Origin: Promethearchaeota archaeon
GTDB taxonomy: Archaea; Asgardarchaeota; Lokiarchaeia; Sigyniarchaeales; SOKP01
Reading direction: 5' to 3'
DNA length: 26,662 nucleotides
Assembly (NCBI GenBank): GCA_019057795.1
Contig: JAHLWS010000086.1
Location: forward strand, 1 to 26,662
Shown here: positions 18,124 to 26,396 of the stretch, piece after piece
Numbering within the stretch: the stretch's first letter is position 1
Layout of the letters: the number at the start of each line of letters is the position of its first letter
Made by a program: the position numbers and the translations under genes
Notes under the pieces: model-generated
The model's input: the letters and a program-made list of their open reading frames with translations, nothing else
Told to the model about the DNA's origin: nothing
The model's database searches: none

Positions 18124-18186
18124 GTGGTATGTTTTTATAAATTCTTAGATTATCATAAACTAATTATATTAATTCTGCAAATAATA
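18124..18186 (-). promoter_or_regulatory. cargo-slot right repeat R2 containing a sigma70 promoter
   Basis: Repeat of 16898-16960; minus strand TTGCAG-N17-TATGAT. Confidence 0.75.
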
Positions 18187-18337
18187 TTTTTATATTAGTT
18201 AGAACTATTTTTGGCGGGGAAGGGGCCGCTTGTATCGAGGGGGCTCCTTTTTTAGTTTTATAAAATAAGGAGTATTTATAAGGAAATCAAAGGAATAGGA
18301 AGCTTTATACATTATAAAGGGCGATAATGTTCTAATA

Positions 18338-18366
18338 TTGACTATTATATTAAAATATGATAATAT
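18338..18366 (+). promoter_or_regulatory. sigma70 promoter of the DUF1659-DUF2922-lysis operon
   Basis: TTGACT-N17-TAATAT with extended TG. Confidence 0.6.
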
Positions 18367-18449
18367 GAACATATATAACATTTAGCTTTGCTTGATTTAA
18401 AACCCGTCCTCGACCTGATCGGGGATTCTAAAAAAGGAGGTGAAAAATA

Positions 18450-18677
18450 ATGGCAATAGTAGTAACCGTTCCTCGTGATTCATCCTTACAGTTTAGACTG
18501 GTAGTAGGTAGTAATCCGGAAACCGGAGCACCTATCATCAACAGCAAGACCTTTACTAAGATCAAATCAGCTGCTTTAGACCAAGACGTCTATGATACAG
18601 CTAATGCTTTAGTAGGTCTGCAGAAGTACCCTTTAGATGAAATCAGACTTGAAAGAGAATCCCAACTTACTGAATAA
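18450..18677 (+). CDS. DUF1659-family protein
   Basis: SSLQFRLVVG...G.PIINSKTFTKIKSAALDQDVYDTANALVGLQKYPL matches my recollection of the family; AAGGAGGTGA RBS. Confidence 0.8.
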   Translation: MAIVVTVPRDSSLQFRLVVGSNPETGAPIINSKTFTKIKSAALDQDVYDTANALVGLQKYPLDEIRLERESQLTE

Positions 18678-18724
18678 TCACTAATAATTGTAAAACCATA
18701 AACAAAAAAGGAGGTGAAAAATAA

Positions 18725-19000
18725 ATGGCAACCGAATTAGGAGAAGTAACCAGTTATAAAAGACTCTATATGCAGTTTAGGGATAGTGCTGCAAAAACTA
18801 TCAACATCACTTTGAATAATCCTAAAAATTTGGAGGATGGCGATTACGTCGACTTTGCGGCACAAGATGCAGCTATTGAAGGAGTTATGGATACTATAAT
18901 CGCCAAGAATATCTTCCATAATAATGGTAATGACTTAGTGGCTAAGGTCAATGCTCGGATACTTGATTACAAGTCTACTGATGTTATGGATGTTGGCTAG
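18725..19000 (+). CDS. DUF2922-family protein
   Basis: KRLYMQFRD...KTINITLNNPK...IEGVMDTIIAKNIF...LVAKVNARI; AAGGAGGTGA RBS. Confidence 0.8.
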   Translation: MATELGEVTSYKRLYMQFRDSAAKTINITLNNPKNLEDGDYVDFAAQDAAIEGVMDTIIAKNIFHNNGNDLVAKVNARILDYKSTDVMDVG

Positions 19001-19140
19001 TCGTTAGTGAATAGTGAATAGTCGTTAGCCGGAAAAGCGAGAAAGCAAAGAAGTGGGCTAATAGCTAGGAAATAAATTAATATAATATTCTTCCTTGGAG
19101 GGCTCCGCGGACCTTCCCGGGGAGAGAGAAGGAGTAATAC

Positions 19141-19503
19141 ATGTTAGAAGTATTTGTCACTAAATATTTATTAGATTTCGCTCTTGTTTTTCTTGTTGGT
19201 TTGGCCTCTAAATTTATTATCAATAAGTTTGGCCAGGACAGGGCAGACAAAATAAAAGAGGCTATTCTGGCAGCTATGCTTTGGGCAGAAGAAGAGTTGG
19301 GAATAGGGAATGGTGAGGAAAAATGGAAAATTGCCTGGGTCAAATTAATTGAAATATTAAGGAAACAGAAAGTTAGCTTAAAAGAGGGCGAGATTTCCTA
19401 TGTAAAGGATCTTATGAAAGCTACTGTTCCGGAGGTGAACGAAATTATCTATAAGGCTATGCCGGATGTAGTAAGGAACGGTAGGACTTTAAAGTATAAA
19501 TAA
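19141..19503 (+). CDS. phage holin, LL-H-like
   Basis: Single N-terminal TM then A..WAEE...G.G.EK motif; directly upstream of endolysin. Confidence 0.7.
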   Translation: MLEVFVTKYLLDFALVFLVGLASKFIINKFGQDRADKIKEAILAAMLWAEEELGIGNGEEKWKIAWVKLIEILRKQKVSLKEGEISYVKDLMKATVPEVNEIIYKAMPDVVRNGRTLKYK

Positions 19504-19506
19504 ATT

Positions 19507-19884
19507 ATGGATATGATTAATGACATAGAATTAACTGAATATTTTTCTTTATATGAGTTTGATTGCCCCTGCTGCAGGCGGGTTATGTTGTCTCCGGACC
19601 TTTTGGCCAGACTGAATCATTTAAGAAGGGTTATAAATAGGCCGGTATATGTAAATTCCGGTTACCGGTGCAAAGAAGAAAATCATAAGGTCGGGGGAGC
19701 TCCCGGTTCTTATCATCTCCTGGGTATGGCGGTAGATATTCACGCAGGCGATTTTTTACTTTATGATCTTCTCACTTTTGCTCATGAAATGGGATTTAAT
19801 GGTATTGGATATTACGAAAAGAAAAATTTCTTACATCTCGATATTAGGCCTGGACCAAAGCACACTTGGAAAGGAAATAAGTGA
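19507..19884 (+). CDS. peptidase M15A (Zn D-Ala-D-Ala peptidase fold) endolysin
   Basis: FSLYEFDCPC, VNSGYRC..N..VGGA..SYHLLGMAVD, GIGYY...FLHLDIR motifs. Confidence 0.9.
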   Translation: MDMINDIELTEYFSLYEFDCPCCRRVMLSPDLLARLNHLRRVINRPVYVNSGYRCKEENHKVGGAPGSYHLLGMAVDIHAGDFLLYDLLTFAHEMGFNGIGYYEKKNFLHLDIRPGPKHTWKGNK

Positions 19885-19885
19885 A

Positions 19886-20089
19886 TTGGATATTGAATAT
19901 GTACTAAAATTAATAGCAAATAACGGCTTTCCCCTGGTGCTTTCTGTATATTTAGTATGGAAATTAGATTTTTTTATTGCTGAAATAATTAAAAATCAAA
20001 AGGAATTTTCCCATAATGTTACTGCTGAAATCAAAGAAATTAAGGGGGCAATCAATGAATTACGGGTTGATTTTGCTAAAAATCAATAA
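19886..20089 (+). CDS. YvrJ-family small membrane protein (holin-like)
   Basis: IANNGFPLVLSVYLVWKLD plus coiled coil; TTG start at 19886 after AAGGA. Confidence 0.75.
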   Translation: MDIEYVLKLIANNGFPLVLSVYLVWKLDFFIAEIIKNQKEFSHNVTAEIKEIKGAINELRVDFAKNQ

Positions 20090-20389
20090 GCATGTCCTCG
20101 TGAAAACGGGGAACCATTGAAATATAAGGTTTTTGGCGTTTTTGAAAAAAGCTTCTAATTTGGCGTATACGAGGCGTATTTATCCGAACTTAATGAATCA
20201 TACCAGCCACCTTAAAATAAGCGCTAAAAACACGCTTAAATTAGATATTGTTTTTCGTGGTTCCTGGAAATCACTGCTTTTAGCCTTCTTTTCTCTTATA
20301 TACTCTCTATTACTACTATATTCTCCTATTCTCTTCTATATTTACCATATTAACAAAGAAATCCTTAGGATTTAAGGGCTTATATTTAA

Positions 20390-20553
20390 CTACACATTAT
20401 TTAGAACACTAACAGGAAGATTAATTAACTCCTTTAGTTTATAGGTGTTTCGTAATTCTGCTATAATTTCACCCCAGCATAAAGTTCCAAATGTTTCCAA
20501 TAGTGGAAGCCAGACAATAACCAGCTCTTTGGCAATCAAGCCAAAGGACTTTT
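20390..20553. repeat. att-like scar A: antisense recombinase-like tail, tRNA 3'-end-like GGAAGCCA, terminator
   Basis: Minus strand WLPLLETFGTLCWGEIIAELRNTYKLKELINLPVSVLNNV*; homologous to 24508-24630; hairpin CTTTGGC/GCCAAAG. Confidence 0.75.
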
Positions 20554-20740
20554 ATAGTTTTTTATATTTTTTTATAGAAAAGAAGGATTTTTAAAACTTT
20601 TGTCGTAATGTCTAGTTAGAAGTAATTTGATTTTATTATTTTATAATAATTAAAAAATAAGTTTCTTTTAAGTAATTAGTTATGTCAAATGTTGAAACCC
20701 GATTCGCATTACTTGGAACAGCAGGAGGTAGAAAAAGAAA

Positions 20741-21985
20741 GTGGCAAGAACACCCCTTCAAAAGCTTTGTGTTGAATTACAGCGGTTGAAAGGTATGTAT
20801 TTTACTGCAAGATTTTCGTTTGAAGAAACTGGTAAATTGGTTAAAAGCCAGATACACAAAAGTGAAATTAATCCAAAAGATCCTATACACATAAAAATAG
20901 ATGATAAAAATTATATTATAGCGCAAGATGGATATACTTTTTTACGACAAACTAAATGGCAATTTCCAAGATATCTTCGGGAAACCATCTTAGTACGTCT
21001 TATTTCCGCTCTGGAAGTATTTTTGATAGAAGTTGCCCGTGAACTTTTTTTACATAGGAGAGATATATTTTTTTCTGATCGACAAATAATATTTCCTCAA
21101 CGTGAGATTTTATCTATGAATTCTATCACCGAAATTTGGTCAAAAGTACTTAAGTTTGAACTTCGCAAACTTCAAAATCAGGGATTCAAAGAGTTTGTTA
21201 AATTTTATGATCGGAGATTAGGAATCGATGTTGGTCGTTCACCAGTGAGCATCAAATTAATTCAAGAGATGCACGACCGTAGACATCTTTTAATTCATCG
21301 ACTTGGTAATACCGACGAAAAGTATAGACGCGATTATAGCGAAAGAAAAAAGCGTATTAGTGTACCAGAAAATTATCTTTTAAATTCCATTTCTTCAATC
21401 AATGATTTTGCAGAATTTCTTTGGAAACAGTCACTAAATGTATTACAAGGAGTTCAAATTAAAAAGGAATGTGAAGACTTGCGTATAGAGGAAATTGTTA
21501 TTGAAATATTATCAGAAGGAGATTCAACATTAATTAATCCAAGTTACCATTTTTACGTAGAGGATTATATTATCTCTCTATCGGATATTCTTGAATCCAA
21601 GGATGTGGAAACTGAAAAATCTACAATTAAACTTAAAATATCAGGTCCGTCGCCATTTATCAAGGAATATATGAAGCGTATCAAGAATGCTGCAAAGATA
21701 GGTGAATTAATTCTTCATAGTAGACGAGCAATTAAATTTCCTCAAAAAAAAGTTCGATGTCGTTTAGAGGATTCAGAAATTGAGTCAATTGCACGTAAAT
21801 TACCACCGCAACCATGGCAAAAAGGAATACATAAGGAAATTGCGGCAATTAAAGGTATAAGTAATCGTCAGGCTAATGCAGCAATTTCAAAAATTCTCGA
21901 TGATCCGAAATTAAAATCACTAATAAGTAAAAAATATGTGCCTAACAACAATATTCACTTAGACAAGCAGGGTGGTGGCATTTAG
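20741..21985 (+). CDS. HEPN-domain protein with C-terminal HTH (candidate defence RNase)
   Basis: ISALEVFL...RRHLLIH (RxxxxH) HEPN motifs; LPPQPWQKGIHKEIA HTH tail; GGAGGT RBS and GTG start. Confidence 0.7.
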   Translation: MARTPLQKLCVELQRLKGMYFTARFSFEETGKLVKSQIHKSEINPKDPIHIKIDDKNYIIAQDGYTFLRQTKWQFPRYLRETILVRLISALEVFLIEVARELFLHRRDIFFSDRQIIFPQREILSMNSITEIWSKVLKFELRKLQNQGFKEFVKFYDRRLGIDVGRSPVSIKLIQEMHDRRHLLIHRLGNTDEKYRRDYSERKKRISVPENYLLNSISSINDFAEFLWKQSLNVLQGVQIKKECEDLRIEEIVIEILSEGDSTLINPSYHFYVEDYIISLSDILESKDVETEKSTIKLKISGPSPFIKEYMKRIKNAAKIGELILHSRRAIKFPQKKVRCRLEDSEIESIARKLPPQPWQKGIHKEIAAIKGISNRQANAAISKILDDPKLKSLISKKYVPNNNIHLDKQGGGI

Positions 21986-22294
21986 AAGCTTTAACATTTT
22001 ACTCAAAGGATCGTAGGGCTACTCCTTCCGGATTCTGAGTTCGTATATAACAGAAGATACAGGCAATTTCAAGTCCTTTGTTTTACGAAGGGCTTTTTAA
22101 TAAAAAAAGGATTTTTAAAAGATTTGTCGTATAATAAATGTAGAAATTATATTAATGCAACGAAGCACTTCACAAAACATAGTAATTTAGGAGCATAAAC
22201 AAGGTAGCTCGGCTAGTACAATACTGTATTTAAAAAGGAAGAATTGATTTTGTGAAAACTTGCTACGAAATGAGAAAAGCTCAAGGAGAATAAA

Positions 22295-24190
22295 ATGGAC
22301 GAAAAAGAATGGTTTAAAAAAGGTGTTGACCTTGCAAAACTCAAAAGATATGAAGAGGCAATAAAGGCTTTTGAGAAAGCCATCGAGTTAAATCCACAGA
22401 ATGATAAAGCTTGGTTTAAAAAAGGTTTTAACCTTGGTGAGCTCAAAAGATATGAAGAGGCACTAAAGGCTTTTGAGAAAGCCATCGAGTTAAATCCACA
22501 GAATGATCCAGCTTGGTATAATAAAGGTTTTAACCTTGGTGAACTCAAAAGATATGAAGAGGCACTAAAGGCCTACAAGAAAGCCATCGAGTTAAATCCA
22601 CAGAATGATGGAGCCTGGTATAATAAAGGTTTTAACCTTGGTAAACTCAAAAGATATGAAGAGGCAATAAAGGCTTTTGAGAAAGCCATCGAGTTAAATC
22701 CACAGAATGATGGTGCTTGGAATAATAAAGGTTTTTGCCTTAGTGAGCTCAAAAGATATGAAGAGGCAATAAAGGCTTTTGAGAAAGCCATCGAGTTAAA
22801 TCCACAGAATGATGGTGCTTGGAATAATAAAGGTTATTATCTTAGTGAACTCAAAAGATACGAAGAGGCAATGAAGGCCTATGAGAGAGCCATTGAAATA
22901 AACCCGAAGAATGATAAAGCCTGGGTAAATAAAGGTGTCTACCTTACTCAGAGCAAAAGATACGAAGAGGCAATGAAGGCCTATGAGAGAGCTATTGAAA
23001 TAAATCCGAAGAATGATAGAGCTTGGCATAATATAGGTTTCTGCCTTGGTGAACTCAAAAGACATGAAGAGGCAATAAAGGCTTTTGAGAAAGCCATTGA
23101 GTTAAATCCACAGAATGATAGCGCCTGGTATAATAAAGGTTATTATCTTGGTGAACTCAAAAGATACGAAGATATGATAAATGCCTATGATAAAGCCATT
23201 GTAATAGACCCTATGAATGATAAAGCCTGGGTAAATAAAGGTGTCTACCTTGCTAAACACAAAAGATATAAAGAGGCAATAAAAGCTTATGAGAAAGCCA
23301 TTGTAATAAATCCAGAGGAAGCTTTAGTATACAGCAACTTAGGAGAACTTTACTTAGATCTTGGAAATCTTGAAGATGCTTCTACAAGAACTAAAGAGGC
23401 ACTTAAGAGAAATGAGAATCTTGCTTTTACATTAAGCCTACAAGGGAGAATCAATATTGAAGAAAAAAAATATGACGCTGCAAGTAAGTTCTTTAAAAGA
23501 GCGATTTCTTTGGATATAGGTAATCCAAAACATTTCCTTTGGGAGGCTTATGCAAACTATCTAAAGGCAAAATTTTCTTTCGGCTCAAAAAGTGAAAAGT
23601 ACCAAGAAGAGCTGATAGGAATCATAAGAAACCTGGAAAGGGCAGATTCAATAAGTAAAAAACATGGAGAGGAAATGAGGCCTTATATCCTATATTTTTT
23701 AGGCTGTTTCTATCTTAAGAGTGAGGATATTTTTACAGCAAAGGAAAAATTTGAAGAGTGTATCAAATTAGAATCAAAATCTCCAATAGAAACCTCTGCC
23801 CGTGAAAAGCTCAGAAATATATGGAACTATAAAATTAAACCACCCTGGTTGCACTGGTGGTTAAATTCACCTTTTTGTCTCTGGCCTAAGAGGATTGGAT
23901 TTATTATTCTTGCAATGTTTATTCTTGTTATTTTTGCATCGTTATCGCTTCACCCATTTATTCCTGGGTGGTTTCCTTCTCTACAAGTAAACTGGACCTT
24001 ATATGGATTTCTTATTACAATTTTGATTATTATACTCATTTCACCGAGCATAGAACATATAAAGGTAAGAGATGTTGAAGTAGTAATGTGTTCACCTCCC
24101 CCCTTCGGACCCGTTCTATCTCCTATGGTAATGGAAGAAAAAATAAAAGAGATAGAAAAAAAATATCCGGAGTTGGAATCACTAAGCTGA
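22295..24190 (+). CDS. TPR-repeat protein with two C-terminal TM helices
   Basis: Tandem 34-aa repeats AWxNKGxxLxELKRYEEAIKAFEKAIELNP; AAGGAG RBS. Confidence 0.92.
   Translation: MDEKEWFKKGVDLAKLKRYEEAIKAFEKAIELNPQNDKAWFKKGFNLGELKRYEEALKAFEKAIELNPQNDPAWYNKGFNLGELKRYEEALKAYKKAIELNPQNDGAWYNKGFNLGKLKRYEEAIKAFEKAIELNPQNDGAWNNKGFCLSELKRYEEAIKAFEKAIELNPQNDGAWNNKGYYLSELKRYEEAMKAYERAIEINPKNDKAWVNKGVYLTQSKRYEEAMKAYERAIEINPKNDRAWHNIGFCLGELKRHEEAIKAFEKAIELNPQNDSAWYNKGYYLGELKRYEDMINAYDKAIVIDPMNDKAWVNKGVYLAKHKRYKEAIKAYEKAIVINPEEALVYSNLGELYLDLGNLEDASTRTKEALKRNENLAFTLSLQGRINIEEKKYDAASKFFKRAISLDIGNPKHFLWEAYANYLKAKFSFGSKSEKYQEELIGIIRNLERADSISKKHGEEMRPYILYFLGCFYLKSEDIFTAKEKFEECIKLESKSPIETSAREKLRNIWNYKIKPPWLHWWLNSPFCLWPKRIGFIILAMFILVIFASLSLHPFIPGWFPSLQVNWTLYGFLITILIIILISPSIEHIKVRDVEVVMCSPPPFGPVLSPMVMEEKIKEIEKKYPELESLS
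22304..23330 (+). repeat. 102-bp intragenic tandem repeats (TPR units)
   Basis: About ten units, near-identical at DNA level (GAGAAAGCCATCGAGTTAAATCCACAGAATGAT). Confidence 0.9.
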
Positions 24191-24507
24191 AAAAACTTTA
24201 AACTATGTTTTCGAAATTAATAATAGAAGTGGGAGAAAAAAAGTCATTCTTTTGATATAACGGAGGATAAAAGAGAAGACAAAGATTTCTCTGAATTGCC
24301 CTGGGCAACTTCTTTTATCCAAAAAATCAGGGGATGATTATTTGATTCACAATATCTATTATTAAAAGAATATATATTGAGAAATTTGATTATAAAATAA
24401 AAAGAGTGAACTAAAGAAGATGACTTTCTTTATAACTTACCCTTATAATATATGGTTAGAATGAGAGTAGGGAATATACTTATCTATGAATAGGTAATGA
24501 GAAGAGG

Positions 24508-24673
24508 TCAAATAGGATTCATAGTGCTTGCCGGAATGCTAATTAACTCCTTTAGTTTATTGATATTCTGCAATTCCTCTAAAATCTCACCCCAACAAAA
24601 AGTTCTAAACGTGTCCAATAGGGGGAGCCAGACAATTCCATAGGCAGAACTTCTTTATCGGAGGTTCTGTCTA
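24508..24673. repeat. att-like scar B plus hairpin
   Basis: Minus strand WLPLLDTFRTFCWGEILEELQNINKLKELISIPASTMNPI*; plus strand GGGGGAGCCA-GACAAT; hairpin TAGGCAGAACTTC/GAGGTTCTGTCTA. Confidence 0.8.
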
Positions 24674-24681
24674 TTTAATTT

Positions 24682-24875
24682 CTAACAGATGCCAATTACT
24701 TCTTCCAACTTTTGATACACATTTTCAGTTTCATTATTCATACAAAAGTTGCGAAACTCGTCCTGTCTGAGGAGCCTGACATTTCCAGCCCTTTGGCATT
24801 TTGCTGAAGGGCTTTTTTGTTTTTTATAAATTATTTTTCAGAAAAAGAAGGATTTAGGGAAAATTTGTTGTAGAT
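24682..24875. repeat. att-like scar C plus terminator and promoter
   Basis: Minus strand RLLRQDEFRNFCMNNETENVYQKLEEVIGIC*; plus strand TCCTGTCTGAGGAGCC; homologous to 26397-26591. Confidence 0.8.
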
Positions 24876-25085
24876 ATATACAAGATGGTTTAGAAGAATA
24901 AGCAAAAGTCCATTGAACAATTTTGTATTAAGAGTGACTAACTATAGTAAGAAATATCCGTAAAACTGTGAATAATAAATCTTTTGGTAGGATAAACCCA
25001 GTAAACGTCTATCCGTAGTTAGAAACAATGCGGTCCTATATAGAAATGTTAATCATACAAAGTTAATTAAAAAGGAGGTGCCGAT

Positions 25086-25424
25086 ATGGCAACTATTTTT
25101 GCTGTATACAATCTAAAAAGGAACCAAAGAACTGAGGAATTCGACAACTATCTCATCAAAACAAAAATCCCAGGGATTAGGGGTGCACCTTGGTGCACAG
25201 ACTTTAAAACCTGGAAGATAGACAAAGTTTTTGGCCCTGCCGTTTCTGAACCAGAGGGAGAATTACCTGCAGAACCTCCCTATATGTATGTGGCCAAGAT
25301 TGAGGTATCTAATTTGGATGCGATGGTGAGTTTTCTCGGGACTGATGCAGGCAAGGAATTTGTCAAGTCCTGGAGCGTGTATATCGATCCAACAGCGATC
25401 TTTACCATGGGGCATGAGGTATAG
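25086..25424 (+). CDS. dimeric alpha-beta barrel protein (EthD/HapK-like)
   Basis: YNLK...EEFDNY...KIP, PPYMYVAKIEV pattern; AAGGAGGTG RBS. Confidence 0.65.
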   Translation: MATIFAVYNLKRNQRTEEFDNYLIKTKIPGIRGAPWCTDFKTWKIDKVFGPAVSEPEGELPAEPPYMYVAKIEVSNLDAMVSFLGTDAGKEFVKSWSVYIDPTAIFTMGHEV

Positions 25425-25619
25425 TAATATATTCAAAAGTTATTAACAAGAAAAGGGCCGCACTGCTTCTAACAGGGAATACAAGCTGCTGCACTCAATG
25501 CCCAATTGTGTTCTGGGGTAGCATTAGAGAATTTTAAAATAAATAATAAGTGTGGATATAAAGAGTTAGACGCGATTTCAGCCCGTTTATACTAGTAAGA
25601 AAAAAGGAGGTAACATATC

Positions 25620-26018
25620 ATGGCTCAGAATGATGATGTTAAAGTGTTGAAAGTCACCTTGATAATTTTCGCGGTTATAGCGTTTGTCTATGGGTTCGGT
25701 TTGTTGTTTGTTCCTGGCCTATTGGCAAGCTTATCAGGGGGAAACCCTGTTGAATTCAGCTGGTTACGATGGTCTGGAGGTCTGATCATCGGACTTGGAA
25801 TAGGTTGCTTAATGGTTTCTAGTAAACCTGAAAAACAGGGTATCTTTGTAACATCGATGGCATTGGCTACTTTATTTGCCGGTCTAGGGATGCTATACGC
25901 TTGGATTATGCAGGAATATAGCGGAGCAACCTGGTTTATTGCATTACCAACTTGTCTTCTTTTGGTACTATCCGCTCTATTCTGGTGGGCTCGTGGACAG
26001 GCTAAAGGGATTCTCTGA
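25620..26018 (+). CDS. four-TM membrane protein
   Basis: Four hydrophobic segments; AAGGAGGT RBS. Confidence 0.8.
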   Translation: MAQNDDVKVLKVTLIIFAVIAFVYGFGLLFVPGLLASLSGGNPVEFSWLRWSGGLIIGLGIGCLMVSSKPEKQGIFVTSMALATLFAGLGMLYAWIMQEYSGATWFIALPTCLLLVLSALFWWARGQAKGIL

Positions 26019-26240
26019 TCAGGACACATAGTGATGTATTCAAGTATCGAGCAGGATATTAGGATATCTTTCTCTCTATCCCATATTTTCTTATAATTTC
26101 ATAGTTATACTCAGTGATTAGAAGAAATCATAAAAGACGAGCTGAAACAGCGTCTAACCTTGAAATTTTATTCTAGGTAAGTTTTCCTAAATATGAGTAT
26201 AAAATAAGTAAAGAACCTCAGTTTCCTTTAAGGTAATTAT

Positions 26241-26390
26241 TTAAGTAGTCAAGTAAATTCCTATATGCCCAGCACTGACTCTTTTCATCTTAAGACTTAT
26301 CTTATCCCATAAAAGCACGCTTTCAGACATCAACCTGGGGAGACAAGATAATCAAAAGGCAGGACTTCTTAATTAAAGTTTCTGCTTTTT
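26241..26390. repeat. att-like scar D (degenerate) plus hairpin
   Basis: CCTGGGGAGACAAGATAATC then GGCAGGACTT...AAGTTTCTGCTT hairpin like scar B; minus strand CLPRLMSESVLLWDKISLKMKRVSAGHIGIYLTT*. Confidence 0.55.
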
Positions 26391-26396
26391 TAATTC

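Noticed and set aside
18327-18372. LexA/SOS box at the DUF operon promoter
   Set aside because: ATGTTC and GAACAT half-sites are in the wrong order and spacing for a GAAC-N4-GTTC box
18998-19028. Heptamer repeats TAGTCGT/TAGTGAA after DUF2922
   Set aside because: Real but only about four units; no function supportable
21940-22050. Complete integron attC site
   Set aside because: Left box present but no complementary right arm ending GTTRRRY, and no intI in the window
22304-23330. CRISPR or DGR interpretation of the 102-bp repeats
   Set aside because: In-frame TPR coding repeats; no reverse transcriptase and no adenine-specific TR/VR pair seen
24720-24820. Riboswitch interpretation of the repeats at 24720-24820 and 26450-26530
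   Set aside because: No aptamer consensus I recognise; better explained by tRNA 3'-end similarity plus a conserved antisense reading frame
840-26029. Remaining antisense or overlapping short ORFs in the track (e.g. 840-1073, 2744-3076, 4822-5340, 5930-6454, 9671-10099, 17191-17445, 20133-20375, 22213-23065, 25688-26029)
   Set aside because: Shadows of well-supported genes or repeats, with no RBS or motif
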